DNA of 64,000 bases from Candidatus Poseidoniaceae archaeon (GCA_949373095.1 CASIBY010000001.1:68882-132881), one strand, 5' to 3'. Counted from the stretch's first letter, positions 36,078 to 44,893 are shown. Numbers and translations are program-made. Notes: generated by a model from the letters alone, not told the origin.

Positions 36078-36961
36078 AATATCGTTTATTTGGTATTATT
36101 CTGTTTCTTCTCTTCTTCGCTTGGCGAACGCTTGATGGCCTTGTTGAGGGGGATTGGGGCAGGCTCGAAGGCGGTCTTTCGAACTTGGTGGTGTTTTTCG
36201 AAGAAAGCATGTGGCCTCCGAATTGGAGTGTCCTTGAGGCCAGGTCTTACCCAGTATGTGAGGAGGATATCGGATTCTTTTGCTCAGTGGGCTACCTTGG
36301 TATGATGGAGACACTGAAAATCGCCTTTGTGTCTACAGTTTTAGGATTCATCGGTGCCATCACTCTTTCCTCTTTAGCAGCAAGAAACCTGACGCCCCTC
36401 TTCGTCTCCATCCCTGTGCGCGTTTTTCTTTCGGCTGTTCGGAGCCTTCCCAGTTTAATATGGGCCATTTTATTTGTGATTGTGATTGGTTTTGGTCCCC
36501 TTTCAGGCGTATTAGCGATGACCTTCTACACCGTAGGATACCTCGGTAAATTGCAATATGAAGTGTTTGAGGGAATGGCAAACGACCCACTGGAAGCAGG
36601 ACGGGCTATGGGGCTCAGTCGGCCAAGTATTTTCTTTAACATCGTGATTCCAGAAAACGGGAATCACTTACTGAGTCAACTGATGTTTATGTTTGAGTAC
36701 AACGTTCGGCATGGAACTGTGATTGGAATTGTTGGTGCTGGGGGCATTGGATACTATATCAGCACTTATCTCAAATTTCTCCAGTACGACAAAGTCTTCG
36801 CTTTGCTGATTCTTATCTTCATCGTTGTGGTTTTGATCGACCTGCTTTCGCTGATGGTTCGTTCCTTTGTTAACGAAGAAGGAGACGTACGCAAACCAAC
36901 ATGGCTCACTCTTCTCATGAAGGCAAGAAAGCGGAAAGACACCGCTGTTGATGAGGCTTGA
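36074..36961 (+). CDS. ABC transporter permease (PhnE-like)
   Basis: 295 aa, ~6 TM. Contains an EAA-like loop (DPLEAGRAMGLSRPSIFFNIVIPE) typical of the BPD_transp_1 / PhnE family. Confidence 0.85.
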   Translation: MKYRLFGIILFLLFFAWRTLDGLVEGDWGRLEGGLSNLVVFFEESMWPPNWSVLEARSYPVCEEDIGFFCSVGYLGMMETLKIAFVSTVLGFIGAITLSSLAARNLTPLFVSIPVRVFLSAVRSLPSLIWAILFVIVIGFGPLSGVLAMTFYTVGYLGKLQYEVFEGMANDPLEAGRAMGLSRPSIFFNIVIPENGNHLLSQLMFMFEYNVRHGTVIGIVGAGGIGYYISTYLKFLQYDKVFALLILIFIVVVLIDLLSLMVRSFVNEEGDVRKPTWLTLLMKARKRKDTAVDEA

Positions 36962-37177
36962 TTAATCTGCAGCAATATGCAAGGAACCGTCCTTGTAAAA
37001 CACTTGAATACGGTCAGATGCCTTCTTGCTTAACGATGCAATCGCCTCGTAAATTTCGTCTTCAGAGACTTTGAATGTCTTTGCTGCGTCTTTGGTTGAC
37101 CACGGCACGATGTGGAATTCACTCTTAGCCAGCCATTTCAATAACTTGGCTTCAAACTCAGAGAGTTCATCGGACAT
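36962..37177 (-). CDS. small cytoplasmic protein, possibly winged-helix (hypothetical)
   Basis: ATG at 37177 gives 71 aa (MSDELSEFEAKLLKWLAKSEF...). The longer ORF-track version overlaps gpsA. The stop abuts the permease stop. Confidence 0.4.
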   Translation of the reverse strand: MSDELSEFEAKLLKWLAKSEFHIVPWSTKDAAKTFKVSEDEIYEAIASLSKKASDRIQVFYKDGSLHIAAD

Positions 37178-37223
37178 GATACGCTCATGAAGCCTTCCCT
37201 CAAAACAGCACCGATGACCCTTG

Positions 37224-38222
37224 TCAGCCAAGTGCGACCATGCGTCTGCAACATTCCTCGGCATCAATGTCTCCATCAAGGAGCGTATTGAGTGCCTTAG
37301 TGAAAGGGACCTTGAGCCCACTGTCCTCTGCTCGTTCTATGAACATACGAGTGGCTCGAACACCTTCTGCGACCATGTGCATCTCATCCAATGCCTGCTC
37401 AAGGGAGAGTCCCGTCCCGAGTTTCTCCCCCATGCTTCGGTTTCTTCCATGTGGTGAAGTAGCGGTCACATACATGTCTCCAAGACCCGCGGGTCCGAAA
37501 GCAACTTCTGCTCGTGCTCCAAGTTCCGCAAGAAGAAGGCAGCCTTCTTTGAACCCGGACATGAAGATCGCAGCTTTGAGATTGTCACCTCCGAGGTCAC
37601 CAACCTGTTTGAGGCCGTCAACCAAACCACAAGCAAGGGCTACTACATTCTTGTATGCACCCCACAGTTCTGCTCCGACAGGGTCGCTTGCTGGATGAAG
37701 GATGAAACTTGGCGTCCCAAGGGTGCTTGCCAGGCGATTTGCGACAGCATCATCTTCACTTGCAACTAAAGCGGTAGTCATGACTCCTCCTGCCGCTTCT
37801 GGAGCAATGGTCGGGCCAGTAAGGACCGCGAGAGGGTTTGTTTTCCCCGCCTCTTTGAGCATTCCATGGATGGCTTGAGATATGAGTCGCTTTCCAGGTG
37901 CCAGGCCTTTTGCTAAGTCGAGCAGAACGTGGCGCGGTTGAAGGTGAGGAATGATATCTTGGACGACATCAAGGATGACCGACGAGGGCACGGCAAGAAC
38001 AATGATCTCACTTCCTTCAAGAGCTTCTGAAAGGTGCATGGTTGCATCCAACCCTTTCACAGGATGGTCAGGGAGATATTTTGAATTGATTCCATGAAGG
38101 GTAATTGACTGGTATACCTCTTCTTCAATCGTCCAACCTTTCACCTTATGACCTTCTAAAAGCCAAAGTCGAGCGATAGCCGTTCCCCAGTTTCCGAGAC
38201 CTAGTACAGAGATGTGTGCCAT
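37224..38222 (-). CDS. gpsA: NAD(P)H-dependent glycerol-3-phosphate dehydrogenase (bacterial GpsA type)
   Basis: ATG at 38222 gives MAHISVLGLGNWGTAIA (GxGxWGTA dinucleotide fold). Also has LTGPTIAPEAA, KNVVALACG and VAEGVRAT blocks. Confidence 0.85.
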   Translation of the reverse strand: MAHISVLGLGNWGTAIARLWLLEGHKVKGWTIEEEVYQSITLHGINSKYLPDHPVKGLDATMHLSEALEGSEIIVLAVPSSVILDVVQDIIPHLQPRHVLLDLAKGLAPGKRLISQAIHGMLKEAGKTNPLAVLTGPTIAPEAAGGVMTTALVASEDDAVANRLASTLGTPSFILHPASDPVGAELWGAYKNVVALACGLVDGLKQVGDLGGDNLKAAIFMSGFKEGCLLLAELGARAEVAFGPAGLGDMYVTATSPHGRNRSMGEKLGTGLSLEQALDEMHMVAEGVRATRMFIERAEDSGLKVPFTKALNTLLDGDIDAEECCRRMVALG

Positions 38223-38316
38223 AGCAATCGTCTGCTTCGCCACTTCTTTGGTTTATACCATTTCCCGATGAAAACACCGGCTTGGTGCGGTTTTCAACAG
38301 CCTGAGTACGACGCCA

Positions 38317-39537
38317 TCAGAACAAGTCATCATCGTCATCTGCGAAGTCAAAGACGTCATCCTTGGATTCCTTGCCTTTTGAAGCGGCTTTCGGTTTGGT
38401 TTCTGGAGCAGCATCCACTTTCTTCGTTTCAGGCTCAGCCACAGGGGCCTCTTCCTTCACTTCGGTTGCATCTTCCCGAGCCTGAGCCTGTTGGGTCTCG
38501 TTGGTCTTGAGCTCGTCTTCACTCTTACCGGTTTGAAGAGCAAGTGCTCTCCTGCGGTTTTCCCGAGCCTTACGCTCGAGTTGCCTGTGACGGGATTTCT
38601 CGATGTTTTGCATCATGTACATGGCGTCGTGTTCCAACAACGGTGAGTCGGAAATGAGGGTGATGTCAAGCCATCCGCCGTCCTCAACAATAAATTCAGC
38701 CAGCGGTTCAAAGTTGAGGTCAGACTTCTTGATCTGTGTGTAATGCATGGCGTTACCGGTGCGGTGTTCTACACCAGAAAAGTGGCAGTAAAACTCCTTT
38801 GTCCCGATGGATTCACGGACCATGTCAAACAATTCACCGTAGTCCTCAGAAGTACGCATTCGTCCGTGGCCTCGGGCGTGGATGTGAGCAATGTTGAGGA
38901 CGGGAATGGTGCCTTCAACGTGGTTCACTACTTCGAGGACTTCTTCGAGACTGCCCCAAAGCTCTTGACGGCCAGATGTTTCAACTCCAATTTTTGAAGG
39001 AGTACCGTCTTTAATCCAAGGGAATACTGGGAATTCATCTTCATCATCTTCCCAAACCTCATGGATACGGTCTACGATTCCGGAAAACACATTGGCAACT
39101 TGTTCATTTGCTTCGTGGCCTCGGCCAAATTCTCCATAATTTCCCGCATGGAGGGTGATGTGACGGGCGTTGATAGTCCGAGCAGCTTGCAGAGTTGCCT
39201 CAATCTTTGCCAGAGAGCGTCCCCGCTCAACTTTGTTGCCCAATAATTCGGAATAATAAGGGCCGTGGATGTTCATCTCGAAATCTGTTTTATTTGCAAG
39301 CACTCCAGCCTGCCAATATTGTTCAAAATGTTGAGGAGCAACCATGCGCACGGTTTGGACTTCCATGGTCTCAAGACCGAGGGAAATAATGTCGTCCATT
39401 CCTTCAACAATTGTGCGTCCCTTGCATGACAATGGAACGCCTGCTGGTCCGAGTTTAACTGGCATATTTTTCCCCCCGCGAAACCAAGCCAACGCCCCCC
39501 CTATGATAACCTCTTTCTGTTGGCTGTCCGCCATCAT
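38317..39537 (-). CDS. AP-endonuclease-2 / endonuclease IV-like TIM-barrel protein with K/E-rich tail and acidic C-terminal tip
   Basis: Blocks HITLHAGNYGE, IGVETSG, LNIAHIHARGHG and CHFSGVEH (metal-binding His/Glu pattern of the Xyl-isomerase-like TIM barrel). The tail ends ..DDVFDFADDDDDLF. An alternative start at 39465 (MPVKLGPAGVP) is preceded by GGGGGG. Confidence 0.7.
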   Translation of the reverse strand: MMADSQQKEVIIGGALAWFRGGKNMPVKLGPAGVPLSCKGRTIVEGMDDIISLGLETMEVQTVRMVAPQHFEQYWQAGVLANKTDFEMNIHGPYYSELLGNKVERGRSLAKIEATLQAARTINARHITLHAGNYGEFGRGHEANEQVANVFSGIVDRIHEVWEDDEDEFPVFPWIKDGTPSKIGVETSGRQELWGSLEEVLEVVNHVEGTIPVLNIAHIHARGHGRMRTSEDYGELFDMVRESIGTKEFYCHFSGVEHRTGNAMHYTQIKKSDLNFEPLAEFIVEDGGWLDITLISDSPLLEHDAMYMMQNIEKSRHRQLERKARENRRRALALQTGKSEDELKTNETQQAQAREDATEVKEEAPVAEPETKKVDAAPETKPKAASKGKESKDDVFDFADDDDDLF

Positions 39538-39607
39538 CGGGTCGCTGTTGTGGTTTCAATGGTGATTACATACGACTCTTCATGAAGGTGGGGCTACAGC
39601 CACCCTC

Positions 39608-40333
39608 ATGGACGCTCGAATAGAAAAGGCCGTTAACGCCTTCAAAAACGGAGACCCAGTCTGTCTTTTTGACTCTGAAAAACGAGAAGGTGAAACTGAC
39701 CTTTTGTTCCCTGCTGAGCACGCTAAGCCAGAAACCATGCGCCAACTCCGTCAAGATTGTGGAGGATTGCTTTTTCTTGCCATCGGCGATGATGTAGGGG
39801 CATGTTTTGGACTCCCGTTCCTGCAGGATCTTCACACTGATGCTGCTGCTGTAGCTAACTTCCCTGTTCTCGGTCATCTGGTCACCAACGACCTCCGTTA
39901 TGATGCACGTTCGGCCTTCACGCTCTCCATCAACCATCGTGATACCTACACCGGAATCACCGACCATGACCGCTCGTTAACGACCCGTCGTTTTGCAGAG
40001 TTGGCGAAATCATCCATGGATTCAGGAGATTCGGTGGAGGTTGCTATTGAAAAATTAGGAACTGAGTTTAGAACGCCGGGCCATATCCCGGTCTGTCGTG
40101 AAGCAGAGGGCGGGTTGGCGCGACGCCAAGGTCACACGGAACTGGCTGTTGGACTTGCACGTCTCGCTGGAATGACGCCCGTAGTGATCGGCGCGGAAAT
40201 GCTTCAACCCAACGGCGATTTTGCTTTGTCAGTTGATGACGCAAGAGAATGGGCGTCGGAACGAGAAATTCCTTTCCTCGAAGGAGCAGATTTGCTCCGA
40301 GCCTTTGGCGAGATGACACCGTCATCCTCTTGA
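39608..40333 (+). CDS. ribB: 3,4-dihydroxy-2-butanone 4-phosphate synthase (archaeal type)
   Basis: DSEKREGETDLLFPAEHAKPETMRQLRQDCGGLLFLAI closely parallels the archaeal DHBPS N-terminal block (DSDEREGETD...R.DAGGL). Confidence 0.85.
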   Translation: MDARIEKAVNAFKNGDPVCLFDSEKREGETDLLFPAEHAKPETMRQLRQDCGGLLFLAIGDDVGACFGLPFLQDLHTDAAAVANFPVLGHLVTNDLRYDARSAFTLSINHRDTYTGITDHDRSLTTRRFAELAKSSMDSGDSVEVAIEKLGTEFRTPGHIPVCREAEGGLARRQGHTELAVGLARLAGMTPVVIGAEMLQPNGDFALSVDDAREWASEREIPFLEGADLLRAFGEMTPSSS

Positions 40334-40364
40334 AGAACAAACCCTCCGTTACAAAGGTGATACC

Positions 40365-40805
40365 GTGAAGCGAATCATGGCAGTTGGAGTTTTTGACCTG
40401 CTTCATGCAGGACATCTCCACTATCTAGAGCAAGCCAAAGCCCTAGGTGGCCACCTCACCGTCGTGGTTGCCCATGACGACACGGTTCGCAAAAGAAAAC
40501 ACAATCCCATCACCAGTCATGACCTTCGCAAACGCATGGTTGAGGGTTTGAAGCCCGTGGACGATGTCTTGATTGGAAACCCTCCCCAAGTGCCGATATT
40601 CGATATTCTCCCAAGGGTTAAACCCGACATTATTGCTCTCGGCTACGACCAAGAACATGCCGAGGAGAACATCCGCTCTGCACTCACATCACGTGGATAC
40701 GGCGCTATTGAAGTCGTTCGTGTAGAAGGCTTAACCGACGATTTGGATGGCACAAGAAAAATCATCGCTCGGATACTTGAACGAGCAGCCAAGAAGGAGG
40801 AATGA
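40365..40805 (+). CDS. ribL: cytidylyltransferase-fold FAD synthetase (RibL-like)
   Basis: 146 aa. GVFDLLHAGHLHYL (HxGH nucleotidyltransferase motif). Size and riboflavin-operon context fit archaeal RibL. GTG start preceded by AAGGTGA. Confidence 0.7.
   Translation: MKRIMAVGVFDLLHAGHLHYLEQAKALGGHLTVVVAHDDTVRKRKHNPITSHDLRKRMVEGLKPVDDVLIGNPPQVPIFDILPRVKPDIIALGYDQEHAEENIRSALTSRGYGAIEVVRVEGLTDDLDGTRKIIARILERAAKKEE
40794..40800 (+). promoter_or_regulatory. Shine-Dalgarno AAGGAGG at the ribL/ribE ATGA junction
   Basis: gccaagaaggaggaATGAagATGttcact encodes ..AAKKEE*. GGAGG lies 2 nt before ATG 40802 and 8 nt before ATG 40808. Confidence 0.55.
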
Positions 40806-41410
40806 AGATGTTCACTGGAATCGTTCAAGGAAAAGGAAAACTGATTGGCCTTGAAAAAGGGCAAGAGGTGCAAACACTCACTGTCCAACTGCCCGACGCC
40901 ACTGGGCTAGAGCGTGGAGCAAGCGTTGCTCTCAACGGTGTTTGCCTGACGGCGACGGACATTGCCGGAAATCACGTTGCTTTTGATGTCATTCCCGAGA
41001 CACTTGAGCGAACTGTATTGGGGCACCTCAATGTTGGAGATGAGATGAACGTTGAACGGTCCCTGAAAATGGGAGATGAACTCGGTGGACACCTTCTCTC
41101 TGGTCATATCATGGACAAAGCTACTGTCGTTGAAGTGACAAAGAAAGGCGAAGGCATGGATTTCAAACTAAAAGCACCTTCATCGCTCATGAAGTACATT
41201 CACGAAAAGGGATACATCGGTCTTAACGGTGCATCCCTTACCATTGGCGAGGTCAAGGAGGACATTTTGTCCATCCATTTGATTCCTGAGACACTGAGAC
41301 TTACCACGTTTGGAGCACTTTCAATGGGAGATGAAATCAATGTTGAAATTGATTCTATGACGCAGACAATAGTCGCAACGGTAGAGCGAATGATGAAACA
41401 GGAGATGTGA
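40802..41410 (+). CDS. ribE: riboflavin synthase (bacterial/eukaryotic two-barrel type)
   Basis: MFTGIVQGKG..., a second barrel and GHLLSGHI. The canonical MFTGI start is the second ATG at 40808. Confidence 0.85.
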   Translation: MKMFTGIVQGKGKLIGLEKGQEVQTLTVQLPDATGLERGASVALNGVCLTATDIAGNHVAFDVIPETLERTVLGHLNVGDEMNVERSLKMGDELGGHLLSGHIMDKATVVEVTKKGEGMDFKLKAPSSLMKYIHEKGYIGLNGASLTIGEVKEDILSIHLIPETLRLTTFGALSMGDEINVEIDSMTQTIVATVERMMKQEM

Positions 41411-41421
41411 GGTGGCGTAAC

Positions 41422-41805
41422 ATGGTCAAGAATATCGGTATTGTTTGCGGTTCCTTTCACCGCGAAGAGGTTGAACGCATGCTCGCATGGGCAAGCGAGG
41501 AAGCCGAAAAGAACGATTTAGAAATCACTCATATCGTATGGGTCCCTGGCTCCATGGAAGTTCCTTTAGCCCTTGACAGAATGTTGAGCGTATGTGATGC
41601 AGCAGCATGCCTGGGAATCATCGAGAAAGGAGAAACTCAACACGGCCTTGCAATGGGCCAAGCCGTCATCAAAACGATTCTTGAACTACAGCTCAAGCAT
41701 AACAAGCCGATTGGACTTGGAATTATTGGCCCTGGTGCTGAACATCACCATATCGAACCCCGACTTGAGCCACATGCCCGTGCGGCAGTGTTGGCTCTTA
41801 TTTGA
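41422..41805 (+). CDS. ribH: 6,7-dimethyl-8-ribityllumazine synthase
   Basis: 127 aa from ATG 41422. VWVPGSMEVPLA and GETQHGLAMGQAV blocks (VPGAfEiP / G.T.Hf.yV pattern). Confidence 0.8.
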   Translation: MVKNIGIVCGSFHREEVERMLAWASEEAEKNDLEITHIVWVPGSMEVPLALDRMLSVCDAAACLGIIEKGETQHGLAMGQAVIKTILELQLKHNKPIGLGIIGPGAEHHHIEPRLEPHARAAVLALI

Positions 41806-41922
41806 TGGAACTAGGCCGTCGCAGTGTCGTCACTTGACTGGACAAAGAAGACTCCTTCTGCATGAGTTTAGCGCGGAATACAACGTGCGAACCTTCAAAC
41901 ACCCCCTTCCTCCAAAGATGAG

Positions 41923-42864
41923 ATGGAGAACAACATGTCAGAAGTACGGAATGTCATCATCATTGGGTCAGGTCCTGCAGGATATACCGCAGGGTTATAC
42001 GCGGGACGAGCCATGCTCAACCCACTCATGTTTGCCGGTTATATGTCCGGTGGGCAATTGATGCTTACCAGTGATATCGAAAATTTCCCAGGTTACCCAA
42101 ACGGTATTGGAGGCCCTGAAATGATGACGGAATTACGCGAACAGGCAGAACGATTTGGTCTGGAAGTTCAAGACCGCAATGTCGGTTCAGTGGACACGTC
42201 CCAACGCCCGTTCAAGGTCGAAGTCGAAGGCGAGATATTCCTTACCAACTCGATTATCGTCTGTACTGGTGCAGAATCTATTTGGCTAAATGCACCTGGG
42301 GAAGAGGCGCAAAAAGGGCGAGGTATTTCCACATGTGCTACTTGTGACGGTGCCTTTTTCCGAGACGAAGAAGTCATCGTAATCGGCGGTGGGGATTCTG
42401 CTTGTGAGGAAGCAACCTTCCTCACTCGTTTTGCAAGCAAGGTTACGCTTATTCATCGCAGAGATGTGTTCAAAGCATCAACCATCATGTACGAACGCGC
42501 TGCAAATCATGACAAAATTGAGATTCGCACGTTCCGTCAAGTCAAAGAGTGGTTATCGGACGAAAAAGGGCTCACTGGGGCAGTGCTTGAAAACACACAA
42601 GATGGAACTACTGAAACCATCAACGCAACGGGAGCCTTCATTGCAATCGGTCACACACCGATCACTGGATTTTTAGACGGCCAAGTTGAGACCGACGAAA
42701 ACGGTTACATCATCAATAAAGAGTACACAATGACCTCTGTACCTGGTATATTTGCTGCAGGTGACGTCGTGGATACTCGTTACAAGCAAGCCATTACCGC
42801 TGCCGGAATGGGTTGCTCCGCCGCAATGGATGTAGAAAAGTGGCTTGAAGAGAACGTCCATTGA
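41923..42864 (+). CDS. trxB: thioredoxin-disulfide reductase
   Basis: GSGPAGYTAG FAD motif, redox-active CATCDG, second dinucleotide fold VIGGGDSACEEA, GIFAAGDV. Confidence 0.9.
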   Translation: MENNMSEVRNVIIIGSGPAGYTAGLYAGRAMLNPLMFAGYMSGGQLMLTSDIENFPGYPNGIGGPEMMTELREQAERFGLEVQDRNVGSVDTSQRPFKVEVEGEIFLTNSIIVCTGAESIWLNAPGEEAQKGRGISTCATCDGAFFRDEEVIVIGGGDSACEEATFLTRFASKVTLIHRRDVFKASTIMYERAANHDKIEIRTFRQVKEWLSDEKGLTGAVLENTQDGTTETINATGAFIAIGHTPITGFLDGQVETDENGYIINKEYTMTSVPGIFAAGDVVDTRYKQAITAAGMGCSAAMDVEKWLEENVH

Positions 42865-42903
42865 TGGCGGTGCCTTCATCAAAGTGGCTCTGCTGGCAGG
42901 TTC

Positions 42904-44073
42904 ATGGTTGACCTACAACGTCATGCACGTCACCTTTCTCTCCCCAATGTAGGGATTGAGGGTCAACGACGGTTGGTTGATGCCAGCATTCTCATCATAG
43001 GTGCCGGGGGTTTAGGCTCTCCTGCAGCACTTTACCTCGCTGCTGCAGGCGTTGGTCACCTCGGCTTGGTTGATGATGATGTTGTCGACCTTTCAAACCT
43101 TCAACGTCAAATTCTTCATACCTCTGAAAGCGTTGGAACACCCAAAGTAGAATCTGCTAAAAAACGCTTACATGCATTGGATGCAGGTGTCAAAGTCACA
43201 GCATTCCAAACACGTTTCAACCCTGGAAATGCCGTGCAATTACTTGAGATGGGATGGGACCTTGTCATCGACGGTACCGATAACATTCCAACGCGATATC
43301 TCATCGATGATGCATGTGCCTTGAAAGGAATACCTTGGGTCTATGGTTCCATCTTCCAATTTGAAGGACAAGTTTCTGTATTCGGATATCAAGGTGGGCC
43401 GTCTTATCGGGATCTTTTCCCCGAACCTCCACCCCCCAACGCAGTTCCAAGTTGCGAAGAAGCCGGTGTGTTTGGTGTTCTTCCAGGAGTGATCGGTTTG
43501 CTTCAAGCAACAGAGGCTATCAAGCTCTTGATTGGGCTCAATGTAGCCCTCTCCGGTCGGTTACTAATTTACGATGCAACGGCCATGACGTTCACTCAAT
43601 TATCGTTTGAGCAAGATAAGGAACGTGCAAAAGTCATTGATTTGAGCATCGCATCTGCTATGTTTGCAGATTCCGAATGGTGTTCTCTTGAGGACAGTTC
43701 AATACAAGGAGACATTGAAAAACAGGAAGCCTACGTGAACAAGAACATGTTCAACCACATTTCCATCTCCGATGCTTTGCAACGGCGCTCAACAGGATGG
43801 TCACCGTACATTCTTGATGTTCGCTCGGATGGTGAATACAACGAAGCACATGCTGCATCATGCGACTTACAAGTGCCTCATGACCAAGTCAGTACTGTGC
43901 TTGAGCAAATCCCTAACGACCGAGATATACTCGTCTACTGCCGCAGCGGAATGCGCTCTCAAATCGCAGCAATGAGCATGATTCAGTCAGGATATGATGC
44001 GACACGGTTGTACAACCTTGATGGCGGAATCATTGCTTGGAAGTCAGCAGCACCAGATGAAATCATCAACTGA
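42904..44073 (+). CDS. MoeB/ThiF-family E1-like adenylyltransferase fused to a C-terminal rhodanese domain (MoeZ/Uba4-like)
   Basis: RHLSLPNVGIEGQRRL, GAGGLGSP, DDDVVDLSNLQRQ and CEEAGV in the E1 part. Rhodanese active-site loop YCRSGMRS at the C-terminus. Confidence 0.85.
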   Translation: MVDLQRHARHLSLPNVGIEGQRRLVDASILIIGAGGLGSPAALYLAAAGVGHLGLVDDDVVDLSNLQRQILHTSESVGTPKVESAKKRLHALDAGVKVTAFQTRFNPGNAVQLLEMGWDLVIDGTDNIPTRYLIDDACALKGIPWVYGSIFQFEGQVSVFGYQGGPSYRDLFPEPPPPNAVPSCEEAGVFGVLPGVIGLLQATEAIKLLIGLNVALSGRLLIYDATAMTFTQLSFEQDKERAKVIDLSIASAMFADSEWCSLEDSSIQGDIEKQEAYVNKNMFNHISISDALQRRSTGWSPYILDVRSDGEYNEAHAASCDLQVPHDQVSTVLEQIPNDRDILVYCRSGMRSQIAAMSMIQSGYDATRLYNLDGGIIAWKSAAPDEIIN

Positions 44074-44893
44074 CTCGGAGCTCGTCTCCGCAGTACTTGC
44101 AATGTTTTGCATTTCTATCATGCCCGTCCCTTGAACATGAACTGCAAGCACGGGTATCAACCTCTCCCAATTTCATCAATTCAGATGAAACGATTCCTGT
44201 TGGGACAATGATGAGGCTGTATCCAAGCACCATGATTACAACAGCCAATAATTTACCTAAAGGTGTTGATGGGACCGTATCTCCATACCCTGTTCCAGTA
44301 ATTGTTGTCAGCGACCAATACACGCTTTGAGGTATTGAGGTAAAGCCGTTTGTAGGTCCTTCCAAAAGATACATCATTGCTCCCGAAATGAATCCAAGAA
44401 TCGTCACAGTGAACAAGAAAATGATGATGCGAGTTTTAGATTGTAAAAGGGCTTCAAACAAAACCTCTCCTTCTCCAATGTACCGGTTCAACTTCAGAAC
44501 TCTGAACATTCTCAGTAAACGCAGTGCTCGCACAATGAGGAGACTTTGTGCACCAGGTATAATCAAACTGAGGTATGTGGGTATTATTGCAATCAGATCA
44601 ATGATTCCAAAAAAGGACGTGGCATATTTCTGAGACTTTTTTGTTGAGTAGAGGCGAAGGAGGTATTCCAAGGTAAAGAGGATGGTAATTGCCCACTCAA
44701 AAAGTCGTAATTCCGAGTGATACGCCTTGCCAATAGAGTCGACGCTTTCCAATGAAACCGTAAGGATTGATGCCAGAATAGCCAGGAGCAAAGCGACGTC
44801 AAAAAATTTCCCTGAGGGAGTGTCCGCTTCGAAAATCACTTGATGGATTCGCTCTTTTTTGGAGACTTGTGTTACAGATTCCGCCTCGGCCAT
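44066..44893 (-). CDS. voltage-sensor-containing K+ channel (KvAP-like, 6TM) with C-terminal zinc-ribbon
   Basis: S4 with Arg/Lys at every third position (RALRLLRMFRVLKLNR). Selectivity filter TITGTGYGD. C-terminal CSSCS...HCKYCG. Confidence 0.85.
   Translation of the reverse strand: MAEAESVTQVSKKERIHQVIFEADTPSGKFFDVALLLAILASILTVSLESVDSIGKAYHSELRLFEWAITILFTLEYLLRLYSTKKSQKYATSFFGIIDLIAIIPTYLSLIIPGAQSLLIVRALRLLRMFRVLKLNRYIGEGEVLFEALLQSKTRIIIFLFTVTILGFISGAMMYLLEGPTNGFTSIPQSVYWSLTTITGTGYGDTVPSTPLGKLLAVVIMVLGYSLIIVPTGIVSSELMKLGEVDTRACSSCSRDGHDRNAKHCKYCGDELRVS

Noticed and set aside
39538-39607. Possible FMN riboswitch upstream of ribB.
   Set aside because: Only ~70 nt are available, and none of the conserved FMN-aptamer stretches are visible. 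It also serves as a divergent promoter region.
41594-42061. 155-aa plus-strand ORF bridging ribH and trxB.
   Set aside because: It is out of frame with, and overlaps, both well-supported genes. Its translation has no motif.
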